From a virus (taxonomy: Duplodnaviria; Caudoviricetes): 25,184 nt of DNA. The translations under genes were made by a program, and so were the position numbers. Shown in pieces: positions 9,103-16,758 of the stretch; position 1 is the stretch's first letter; each line of letters opens with the position of its first letter. The notes beneath the pieces were generated by a model that was not told the DNA's origin, did no database searches, and saw nothing but the letters and a program-made list of their open reading frames with translations. The stretch covers positions 1-25,184 of the IMG/VR virus record IMGVR_UViG_3300032073_000228; one strand, given 5' to 3'.

Positions 9103-11013
9103 ATGAATACACCTGAACAGCTTCAAGAATTTATTGAAGGTCAAGGATTTGGTGACGATGTATGGTTTGATGGATGGGTTTTTGAAGATGGGTGGGACTT
9201 ACTTGTAAAGCTATTAAATGCGAATACGTTTTTCCCAACTAGAGCTGACGGTGAGGAATACAACTTTACTGATGATGAGTTAATAAGTTTGATTGCTCCT
9301 TCAATAGATGGAGGCGCAGATTCAGATTTTATTAACGCTTTACGGATTGCTCAAATCTTGTGGAAGTCTAATTACACACCAGAACAGCAAAAAGATATGA
9401 CCCAATTCTTTGTTAAGATGTATGAACAATCTGGTCAGCTTCAACCAACTCTTGAAGAGAATGTATCTGCTTACAACAAACAAGCTACGGTGGCTCCGAC
9501 TACGACTACGACTACAGTACCTCCGACTACGACTACGACTACGGTACCTACGACTACGGTACCTACTACTACGACTACAGTTCCTACTCCTATAGAAACT
9601 TCATCACTTGACACTAAAAACGGTGAAGTTATTGATGAAAAAATTGATTTAATTACAACAAATAGATCTTATGTTTTTGACCAATTCAAAACTTGGTGGG
9701 GAAATGTTACTGACCAAGAAATAAACAATGCACTTGACTCGATTGTTAATGGCAGTTCAACTTGGGAGCAAGCTAAAGAATCAATGGGCGTTCTTTCTGC
9801 TGGCAGGTTGGAAGAAGATTCTACTGCTGTATCAACGGGTGACCCCGTGTTGGATTCCGTTAAAGCAAAGTTCCCTCAACTAACACCTGAACAATTAAGT
9901 TTTGCTGTCACAGGAATTAAAGCAGGAGATTTTAATATCGCCGAACTGGAAGCTCTGTTTTACACTTTAAACAATCCTGTTACACCTGAAGAAATCTTTG
10001 CAGGCGATCCTGTTTTATCTGAGATTATGGGTGCTTATGCTTCAGAGTTCGGATACTTCGGTTCTTTCCTTGAACATTCTCAAGTAGCGCCTATATTGTT
10101 ACTAGCTTCAGAAGAGAATTGGTCAGCAGAGAAACTTAACCAAGAACTTAAAAGACCTGATCTTGATTTCGCTGTAACTAAAGAACGCTTAAATGCTTTA
10201 ACAGAGCATGGCTATGACGTTTCTGGTATGAAAGAAAAAGTAGAAGCAGAGTTAGCTTCAACAGATTCAACCATTGATCGTTCATGGTGGCGAAACACTT
10301 TAGACACTGAAAGGGCATGGCAGATGCTTTTAGCTTCTGACCCTGCTCAAGCAGAGAAACAAAAACTGGATCAAATAAACATTCTAAGAGTCGCAGCTGG
10401 CAACCTTAGAATAAATTTAAGCCCTGAACGTTTAGAAATATTAGCTGTAGATGCCATCACACAAGGATGGGATGGCGCTGACTATGGAAGAAACCTTTTA
10501 GCTGAAGCTTCCTGGGATGAAGGTAAAGCTGCTGTTGGTGCTATCGGAGCGAACATGAATAAAATAAATAATCTCGCTAACGATTACATGCTGACATACA
10601 GCCCTGGTGTTGTTGAAGATTGGGCGCGTAAAATTTATTTAGGCGAGGAAGATTTAAACATTCTTGAAGCCGATTTCATTCAGACAGCTAAAGAAATGTA
10701 TCCCACTATGGCAGGGAAACTTGATCGTGGTTACAACACAAGAGAGCTGTTTGATCCTTATGCTCAAAAGATAGCTAATCTTTTAGAGATGCCAGCTACT
10801 TCTATTGATTTTATGAACGACCCTAAATACAGTCCGATAATAGATTCTGTGACTGACACTGGGGAAAGACGAGCTATGACTCTTTCGGAAACAGCCGAGT
10901 ATATTCGTACTTCTCCGTTGACAAAAGATTTGTGGGGGAGAACAAGCCAAGCTAAAACGGCAGCCCAGGGGTTTGCTGATTTTGTGGCTAGGAAATTTGG
11001 AGGTTTGGGTTAA
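9103..11013 (+). CDS. Putative internal virion protein with Thr/Pro-rich linker
   Basis: 636 aa; GAGG upstream; PTTTTTTV repeats; helical acidic C-terminal region. Confidence 0.6.
   Translation: MNTPEQLQEFIEGQGFGDDVWFDGWVFEDGWDLLVKLLNANTFFPTRADGEEYNFTDDELISLIAPSIDGGADSDFINALRIAQILWKSNYTPEQQKDMTQFFVKMYEQSGQLQPTLEENVSAYNKQATVAPTTTTTTVPPTTTTTTVPTTTVPTTTTTVPTPIETSSLDTKNGEVIDEKIDLITTNRSYVFDQFKTWWGNVTDQEINNALDSIVNGSSTWEQAKESMGVLSAGRLEEDSTAVSTGDPVLDSVKAKFPQLTPEQLSFAVTGIKAGDFNIAELEALFYTLNNPVTPEEIFAGDPVLSEIMGAYASEFGYFGSFLEHSQVAPILLLASEENWSAEKLNQELKRPDLDFAVTKERLNALTEHGYDVSGMKEKVEAELASTDSTIDRSWWRNTLDTERAWQMLLASDPAQAEKQKLDQINILRVAAGNLRINLSPERLEILAVDAITQGWDGADYGRNLLAEASWDEGKAAVGAIGANMNKINNLANDYMLTYSPGVVEDWARKIYLGEEDLNILEADFIQTAKEMYPTMAGKLDRGYNTRELFDPYAQKIANLLEMPATSIDFMNDPKYSPIIDSVTDTGERRAMTLSETAEYIRTSPLTKDLWGRTSQAKTAAQGFADFVARKFGGLG
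9496..9591 (+). repeat. Coding tandem repeat built on (ACTACG)n; two 27-bp near-identical units plus shorter degenerate units
   Basis: CCGACTACGACTACGACTACAGTACCT (9496-9522) and CCGACTACGACTACGACTACGGTACCT (9523-9549); encodes PTTTTTTVPPTTTTTTVPTTTVPTTTTTVPTP. Confidence 0.95.
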
Positions 11014-12644
11014 TGGCATCGGATGATAATGGGGTTACGTTTACACCTATTTTTAAAGGACAGAAAACTAATAATCCTGAAGAAATAGCAGAGTTGGCTA
11101 TTGCGGGAGCTGAATACGATCCAGTGTATTTATTGTCGCATGGTGGCAGTTGGCAAGATCCTTTCACTGGTCAGCAGATAGGTCAATCTCTTGATTGGTC
11201 TGGTGTTGCTGAAATGAAAACGCAGGTACCTGGTACTAACATTTGGGTTCGTTCAGCTGGCGCTCCTTCCGATTTGTTTGATGAAGGTGGTCAGCGTATG
11301 GGTGATGTTATGGCTACTGCTGATATTAAAACTCCTGCTGAGGGTATGTCTAAGGAAGAGATTTTAGATATTGCTGGTCGAGTGGCTATTGTTAATACTT
11401 TCCAGCCGGATCGTGTTGCTTTAATAGAGCAGTATGGTGATTACTTTTTAGAAGAAGTAGGCACAGATATTGTAGGTAAGTCTGTTAGTAAACTTGATGA
11501 GTTGCGTCATACCATTACAGGTGGTGATTTGTTGACAGGCGGGGTTCCTTCTTCTTTTAGGGATGAAGATTATGTGTCTGTTGATGACCGTGCGATGGCA
11601 ACAACAGCGGGTAATTCAATGTCTTTAGCAATGATGAGATCCAACCTTGAAGTTTATGGAACTTTAAGTGGACCGCTACCTTCGTCACAATCAATGAGTG
11701 GGACTTCAGGTTCAGGTACTCCAGGTTCAGTTACTCCAGGTTCAGTTACTCCAGGTTCAGTTACTCCAGGTTCAGTTACTTTAAACACAAATGAATCAGG
11801 GGCAACTGCAATAGAAGAAGATAGTGCTACCAGTATCGTTCGTGACATTTTAACAACATACGGTTTAGAAGATTTATTAAAAGACGAATCTTTAAATCTG
11901 ATAGACACTTGGGTTGCTTCTCAAGATCCTGCCGCAGTGTGGGGGAAGGTACGACAAAGTGAGACATATAAGGGAAGGTTCCCTGGTATGGAAGCTTTAT
12001 CAAAAGCAGGCAGGGCAATATCTGAAAGCACATACATAGAATTAGAACGTGGCTACACAGGGGTGATGAAACAAGCAGGAATAGATTCAGAGTTTTATGA
12101 TGATTACTCTGACTTTGGATCTTTGATAGGTGGGGATGTTTCTGTAGAAGAGTTAAGAAGCAGAGTTGCTTTAGCTAGTGAAGCTTCTTTAGCTACCACC
12201 CCAGAAGTTAGAGAAGCTTTGAAAGAGTGGTATGGTATTTCTGATGAAGACATAACTGCCTATTATTTGGACCCAGAGAGGGCTACAAATATCTTTGAAA
12301 TGCGTGAGCAATTAGGGTCGGCTCGGATTGGTGGCATAGCTGCCGAGACTGGGTTCGGATCTGTTACTCAGCAAACCGCAGAAGGCTTGAGAGCAGCTGG
12401 GGTTAGTGAAACAGAAGCTCGGAGAGGTTTCCAAGCAATAGGACAGTCCACTTTAGCGGAAGAAACCGCTGGAGATATGGGCGATATCACTCGCAAAGAG
12501 TTGGTTGGCGCTCAATTTGGGACAGAACAAGACGCTGCCCGAAAGGTAGAAGAACGCCGTCAACGCAGGCTTGCACAATTCGCTCAACAGGGCGGTCCTG
12601 CTTTAACCCAAGGTGGTTACATCGGGCTTGGCGAAGCTCAATAA
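11013..12644 (+). CDS. Putative internal virion/ejection protein with PGSVT repeat linker
   Basis: 543 aa, TAATG-coupled; Ser/Gly/Thr linker separating an N-terminal region from a helical C-terminal region ending in an Arg-rich helix and Gly-rich tail. Confidence 0.6.
   Translation: MASDDNGVTFTPIFKGQKTNNPEEIAELAIAGAEYDPVYLLSHGGSWQDPFTGQQIGQSLDWSGVAEMKTQVPGTNIWVRSAGAPSDLFDEGGQRMGDVMATADIKTPAEGMSKEEILDIAGRVAIVNTFQPDRVALIEQYGDYFLEEVGTDIVGKSVSKLDELRHTITGGDLLTGGVPSSFRDEDYVSVDDRAMATTAGNSMSLAMMRSNLEVYGTLSGPLPSSQSMSGTSGSGTPGSVTPGSVTPGSVTPGSVTLNTNESGATAIEEDSATSIVRDILTTYGLEDLLKDESLNLIDTWVASQDPAAVWGKVRQSETYKGRFPGMEALSKAGRAISESTYIELERGYTGVMKQAGIDSEFYDDYSDFGSLIGGDVSVEELRSRVALASEASLATTPEVREALKEWYGISDEDITAYYLDPERATNIFEMREQLGSARIGGIAAETGFGSVTQQTAEGLRAAGVSETEARRGFQAIGQSTLAEETAGDMGDITRKELVGAQFGTEQDAARKVEERRQRRLAQFAQQGGPALTQGGYIGLGEAQ
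11706..11780 (+). repeat. 15-bp coding tandem repeat (4 perfect + 1 degenerate unit)
   Basis: CCAGGTTCAGTTACT x4 at 11721-11780, preceded by TCAGGTTCAGGTACT at 11706-11720; encodes (PGSVT)n. Confidence 0.97.
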
Positions 12645-12695
12645 AAGTTACTTTTAATCTATTTTAAGACGCTAAGTTTCTGCTACACTTTCTTG
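12642..12695 (+). promoter_or_regulatory. Putative capsid-operon promoter: extended -10 (TGcTACACT) with upstream perfect palindrome
   Basis: TG at 12681-12682, TACACT at 12684-12689, no good -35 at 17-bp spacing; palindrome TAAAAGT-T-ACTTTTA at 12642-12656; start predicted near G12695. Confidence 0.55.
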
Positions 12696-12787
12696 TAGAT
12701 ACTTAATGGCCGTTTAAGCAAGCGAGAGCTATGAGGATCTACCACCACCGGCTCGCCTCCCGTGTCGGTGCGAACTGGAAGGGAGCG
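12695..12787 (+). ncRNA. Putative structured 5' leader (cis-regulatory RNA) of the scaffold gene
   Basis: GTAGAT(12695-12700)/ATCTAC(12737-12742) closes an imperfect hairpin; CACCGGC(12746-12752)/GTCGGTG(12764-12770) hairpin whose loop CTCCC is complementary to SD-like GGGAG (12781-12785). Confidence 0.5.
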
Positions 12788-12796
12788 TTAACATAG

Positions 12797-13306
12797 ATGG
12801 CTGAAGCAACTGAAACTGACGCAATCGAATTAGATGAGAATGGAGAACCGAAACGCAATTTTCGGAGAGTTCTTGAAGATAGAGCCACCGAAGCTGAAGC
12901 TCAAGTAGCTGAACTTCAGGCAAAACTACAAGGACTTGAGAAAGCAGAAGTGTTTCGTTCAGCAGGGATTGACCCTAATGACACTCGGCAATCATATTTT
13001 GTTAAAGGATATGACGGAGAGTTGGATGCAGAGTCAATTCGTATGGCAGCTGAAGAGGCTGGATTCTTGGGGCAAACCCCAGGTATTGAGTCAACTGTTC
13101 CGCAAGCAAGTGGACTCCTCGAACCAGAGGATACAACCACACTCCAGCAGGAGTTAGCGGCACAGCAGAGGATTGCCGATGCTGGTGTTCAAGGTCAACC
13201 TGTGGTTCCACCACAATTAAATGACCAGATTCGAGCTACAACTAATGAAAAAGAGTTGAAAGCTTTGATGAGTTCTCAAGGATATGAATTTGATGTTCAG
13301 GGTTAG
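12797..13306 (+). CDS. Capsid scaffolding protein
   Basis: 169 aa, acidic, N-terminal coiled coil (RRVLEDRATEAEAQVAELQAKLQGLEK), immediately upstream of the MCP. Confidence 0.75.
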   Translation: MAEATETDAIELDENGEPKRNFRRVLEDRATEAEAQVAELQAKLQGLEKAEVFRSAGIDPNDTRQSYFVKGYDGELDAESIRMAAEEAGFLGQTPGIESTVPQASGLLEPEDTTTLQQELAAQQRIADAGVQGQPVVPPQLNDQIRATTNEKELKALMSSQGYEFDVQG

Positions 13307-13343
13307 GTTAGCTTCTCGTTCTTAACCAGGAGAAAATTTAAAA

Positions 13344-14273
13344 ATGGCTTATACACAAAAATCAAGTGTGTCGTCAGATCAAGTAGCATTTGAGCAACTC
13401 GCTCATTTCGCTCTTCGTAAGCAAGTTCTTCACGAAGATTATGCAACTGTTAAAGCAACAAAGCAGACCCATAATGGTTCTGGTGTGACTTTCACAATTT
13501 ACAATAATCTCGCTCAAGCAACTTCAGCTTTGACGGAAACTTCTGATGTCACAGCAGTCGCACTAGGCGACAGCACCGTAACGGTGTCCCTGGCTGAATA
13601 CGGCAACGCAGTTGTAACAACTGCTGCGCTTCGTGGGCAGTCTTTCTTTAACGTAGATTCAGATGCAGCTAACATCGTTGGCTTTAACGCTGCTGATTCT
13701 ATGGATCAGGTAGTGGCTGATCTTCTATATGCCGGCTCGAACGTCACGCACGTTTCGCAGTCGTCACGGGGCGCGCTCGTAGCGGGCAACGTAATCACTT
13801 CTGACATTGTTCGTGAAGAGGTAGCTGGACTTCGTTCAGCTGCGGTTCCAACATTTGATGGAAATGCTTATATAGGGTTCATTCATCCTGACGTAGCTTA
13901 CGATTTCATTAAAGGCACAGCCGTTACTGATCTTCGTAGCTTCCAAATACGTCAAGATGCAGATGGAGTCCGTAAGGGTTCTATCGGTATGTTCGATGGA
14001 GTTGACTTCATTGAAACACCACGCGCTTTGCTCGTAGCTGATGGAGGTAACTCCACTGTTGATGCTTACGGCACAGTAATTATTGGACAACAGGCAATGG
14101 CAAAGGGTTTCTCGACCATGTTCGGTCCTGATCCTTCTGTTGTGTTCGGTCCTGTTACCGACAGTTTGCGTCGTTTCCAGCCTGTAGGTTGGTACACAAT
14201 GTGCGGTTATGGTCGTTTCCGTGAAGCAGCGATTCGTCGTATCGAATCAGCTTCAAGTATCGGAGCTAACTAA
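13344..14273 (+). CDS. Major capsid protein (HK97 fold, N4-gp56-like family)
   Basis: 309 aa; E-loop-like GSGVTFTIYNNL...LTE; VTVSLAEYGNAV; YIGFIHPDVAYD; GSIGMFDGVDFIETP; DSLRRFQPVGWY; AGGAG SD; followed by hairpin. Confidence 0.92.
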   Translation: MAYTQKSSVSSDQVAFEQLAHFALRKQVLHEDYATVKATKQTHNGSGVTFTIYNNLAQATSALTETSDVTAVALGDSTVTVSLAEYGNAVVTTAALRGQSFFNVDSDAANIVGFNAADSMDQVVADLLYAGSNVTHVSQSSRGALVAGNVITSDIVREEVAGLRSAAVPTFDGNAYIGFIHPDVAYDFIKGTAVTDLRSFQIRQDADGVRKGSIGMFDGVDFIETPRALLVADGGNSTVDAYGTVIIGQQAMAKGFSTMFGPDPSVVFGPVTDSLRRFQPVGWYTMCGYGRFREAAIRRIESASSIGAN

Positions 14274-14280
14274 CACACAC

Positions 14281-14327
14281 GTTGGTTTTAGGGTCGGGAG
14301 TCGGCAAGCCTCTCGACCCTAACCAGC
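14281..14327 (+). terminator. Long GC-rich hairpin after MCP (terminator or RNA-stabilising stem; no U-tract)
   Basis: GTTGGTT/AACCAGC plus AGGGTCGGGA/TCTCGACCCT arms. Confidence 0.7.
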
Positions 14328-14349
14328 AATTAGAGGTTAAGATAGAGTA

Positions 14350-14394
14350 ATGACTTACAGGGTAAAGAAACCTAAGAAACCGAGAGGTAGATAA
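14350..14394 (+). CDS. Putative 14-aa basic micropeptide MTYRVKKPKKPRGR (not in ORF track)
   Basis: ATG 14350 to TAA 14392-14394, abutting the next ATG in frame; TAAGAT -10-like hexamer at 14338-14343, 6 nt upstream of the ATG (leaderless geometry). Confidence 0.45.
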   Translation: MTYRVKKPKKPRGR

Positions 14395-14577
14395 ATGGGA
14401 AAGTATTCTTCTGTTGGTGTCCTTACTAAACGTGGAACCTCAAAGAAAACAAAAGTTCGTAGAGATTCCGATGGCTCTGTCGGAGGAATCCAAACTGAAC
14501 ACTGGAGTGGGCAAATTGATGCTACTGTAGCTCCTGAGTCAGTTGAGATGAGAGTCCTCCAGGGAGGCGTGGAATAA
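14395..14577 (+). CDS. Small hypothetical protein (possible fibre-assembly chaperone)
   Basis: 60 aa; GAGGT SD; TAATG-coupled to next gene; C-terminal DATVAPESV resembles repeats of 18888..19802. Confidence 0.7.
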   Translation: MGKYSSVGVLTKRGTSKKTKVRRDSDGSVGGIQTEHWSGQIDATVAPESVEMRVLQGGVE

Positions 14578-15020
14578 TGGCTGTTACAGCAAGTGGGATG
14601 TTTTGTCCCACATTTTTAGATATTTTGGATGGCACACAGTTAGCGGTTAATACTGCTTCTGACACATTCAAGGTGGCGATGATAACTAATTCATCCACAC
14701 CAGATTTTGATAGTCACGATCATTGGTCGGATCTGTCAAGTAATGAAGTTTCCGGTACGAATTATTCTGCCGGTGGCGTGGCTTTAGGTAGTGTCGCTAT
14801 GACGAGTGCTTCTGGTGCTTTGAAGTTTGATGCTGCTGATTCGAGCTGGGCTACTTCTACTATTTCAAGTGCGAGAGCTGCGGTCATTTATGACGACACT
14901 CTCTCTAATGATCCGTTAATTTGTCTAGTGAACTTCGGTTCAGATTATTCGAGTGCTAATGGTACTTTCCAAATCACTTGGAACGCTGCTGGTATTTGGA
15001 CAATCGACTTAACACCGTAG
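14577..15020 (+). CDS. Beta-rich virion structural protein (fibre/appendage subunit)
   Basis: 147 aa; DTFKVAM...NEVSGTNYSAGG...FDAADSSW...ARAAVIY...GTFQITWNAAGI pattern typical of a widespread small phage structural family; GGAGG SD. Confidence 0.75.
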   Translation: MAVTASGMFCPTFLDILDGTQLAVNTASDTFKVAMITNSSTPDFDSHDHWSDLSSNEVSGTNYSAGGVALGSVAMTSASGALKFDAADSSWATSTISSARAAVIYDDTLSNDPLICLVNFGSDYSSANGTFQITWNAAGIWTIDLTP

Positions 15021-15031
15021 GAGGTTTTTAA

Positions 15032-15799
15032 ATGGCAACTGCTTACCCAGGTGCGCTTGATGCAACTAATAACCAATTACGCACAGATATAAGTTCAACT
15101 GATGATTTAGATGCGTCAGGTAAAGAGCATGACGTTATGCACGTTAATGCTCATGGCGCTGTAGTTGAACTTGAAACCAAGTTAGGTACTGGTAGTTCAA
15201 CGGCTTCTAGTGGTGCTGTTATGATGGGTACTGGTTCCGGCACATCAGCCTGGGACACTTCACCCACTATTCTTGGCGCTCTTACTATTGGTGCTGATGG
15301 TGCAGGACACGACGTAACTTTCCACTCAGACACAGCGGGTGACGCTCTCGTCTGGGATTCCTCAGCGGAATCTCTGACAATAACGGGAACTAACGCCCAA
15401 ACAGCGTTGGCGGTAGCTGACGGTAATGTCACTATGGCTGACGATCTTACTGTTACTGGCGCTATAAGTGCTGGTAGTGTCGTGGCTCCTCTTGCTATAA
15501 ACGCTCAAACAGGAACCACATATACTTTTGCAGACGGCGACCAATCTAAGCTTGTTACAGCAAGTAATGGTTCCGCTCAGACTTACACGGTTCCACCTAA
15601 TTCAGGTTTTGCCTTCGCTGTTGGTACAGCTATCACAGTTATTGGTATAGGTGCTGGCAAAGTTACTATTGCTCAAGGGTCAGGAGTAACGATTAATAGT
15701 TTGGATTCTGAAAAAGCAATAAATGGTCAACACGCTTCGGTGACTTTAATTAAAACAGCTACAGATACTTGGCAACTTATCGGCAACTTGCAGGCTTAA
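15032..15799 (+). CDS. Tail/head fibre protein
   Basis: 255 aa; N-terminal MATAYPGALD...AVVELETKLG anchor/coil, Gly/Thr/Ser-rich beta shaft, C-terminal INAQTGTTYT...WQLIGNL adaptor-like domain; AGGAGG SD. Confidence 0.75.
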   Translation: MATAYPGALDATNNQLRTDISSTDDLDASGKEHDVMHVNAHGAVVELETKLGTGSSTASSGAVMMGTGSGTSAWDTSPTILGALTIGADGAGHDVTFHSDTAGDALVWDSSAESLTITGTNAQTALAVADGNVTMADDLTVTGAISAGSVVAPLAINAQTGTTYTFADGDQSKLVTASNGSAQTYTVPPNSGFAFAVGTAITVIGIGAGKVTIAQGSGVTINSLDSEKAINGQHASVTLIKTATDTWQLIGNLQA

Positions 15800-15800
15800 T

Positions 15801-16757
15801 ATGTCTCTTGTACATTCTTTATTCGGTTCGGTTTCCGCTAGTGGTAGTGCCGCTACTGGCGGTTGGGCTTACTTTTTTGGTAATGGTTCAATCACAGGTT
15901 GGGGTAGAGGCGACAATATCGACAAAATGGATTCTGGTACGGATACTCTCACTACATTAAGTTCCGTGATGGCAACTGGGCGTTATCAGGCTTCAGGGAA
16001 TGGTAACGCTGGTGTGGCGGCTTACTGCAACTGTGGCGATACAGGTAGTGGTAATTCAAACAGTACAGAAAAAATTTCGTTTACTTCGGATTCGATAAGC
16101 ACATTGGGAAGCACTAATCCAGGCGGTAGTTATTATGGAGGCGGTAACGGAACTAATCAGGGTGTTAAAGCCTATTATATGGGCGGTAACAAATATCCGA
16201 TTACTGCGACTGTGTTTGATATGCCGTTCGCTACGGAAACTTGGGGGACTTTAAGCAACAGTTTGACTTACAGTCCTCTTAATTTCCCTACGTCTAGTGA
16301 CAATGGTGTGGCGGCTTATGCGGCTGGTACTTACACAGGTTCGATGACAAATGTTGACAAGATGCCTTTTGCTACAGAAACGCCTGCTTCGTTATCTGAT
16401 TCATTATCGCAGGGTGGTGGTTATATGGCTGGCGGGTATGGTCAATATGGGGTTACAGGTTCAGTCTTCATAAATTCATATTCAAATCAGTATGAATTTA
16501 ATATTAGTTTCACCACCGATGCTGTAACGGATGGAACTTGGAGTATTACTAATCGGAAATATGCTGTTGGTTGTTCCATTTCTGACACCGCAGGATATAT
16601 AAGTGGTGGAACCAGTTTTGGTGGTGGTGCCGCAACTTGGACTAACACTATCCAAAAAAACGTGTTTCCAGCTATGACAAACAGCGTTCTTAGCGCAACT
16701 CTTTCAGAAGCCAATCTTAGCGCAACATCCGCTACTAATGAACTGGCACTGGCTTGA
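15801..16757 (+). CDS. Six-bladed Kelch-like beta-propeller, probable receptor-binding/fibre-tip protein
   Basis: Six ~45-50 aa repeats of form (G)xxAYxxGG...x(D/E)K(M/I)xFxT(D/E)TxxxL. Confidence 0.7.
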   Translation: MSLVHSLFGSVSASGSAATGGWAYFFGNGSITGWGRGDNIDKMDSGTDTLTTLSSVMATGRYQASGNGNAGVAAYCNCGDTGSGNSNSTEKISFTSDSISTLGSTNPGGSYYGGGNGTNQGVKAYYMGGNKYPITATVFDMPFATETWGTLSNSLTYSPLNFPTSSDNGVAAYAAGTYTGSMTNVDKMPFATETPASLSDSLSQGGGYMAGGYGQYGVTGSVFINSYSNQYEFNISFTTDAVTDGTWSITNRKYAVGCSISDTAGYISGGTSFGGGAATWTNTIQKNVFPAMTNSVLSATLSEANLSATSATNELALA

Positions 16758-16758
16758 T

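Noticed and set aside
11706-11780. 15-bp repeat as a CRISPR array or replication iterons
   Set aside because: Units are contiguous with no spacers, in frame inside a CDS, and encode a plausible linker
12695-12790. Hammerhead ribozyme, tRNA or known SAM/preQ1 riboswitch
   Set aside because: No CUGAUGA/GAAA core, no cloverleaf or T-loop consensus, and no ligand-binding consensus that I recognise
15801-16757. Diversity-generating retroelement target
   Set aside because: No reverse transcriptase and no TR/VR pair with adenine-specific mismatches seen; internal similarity reflects propeller blades
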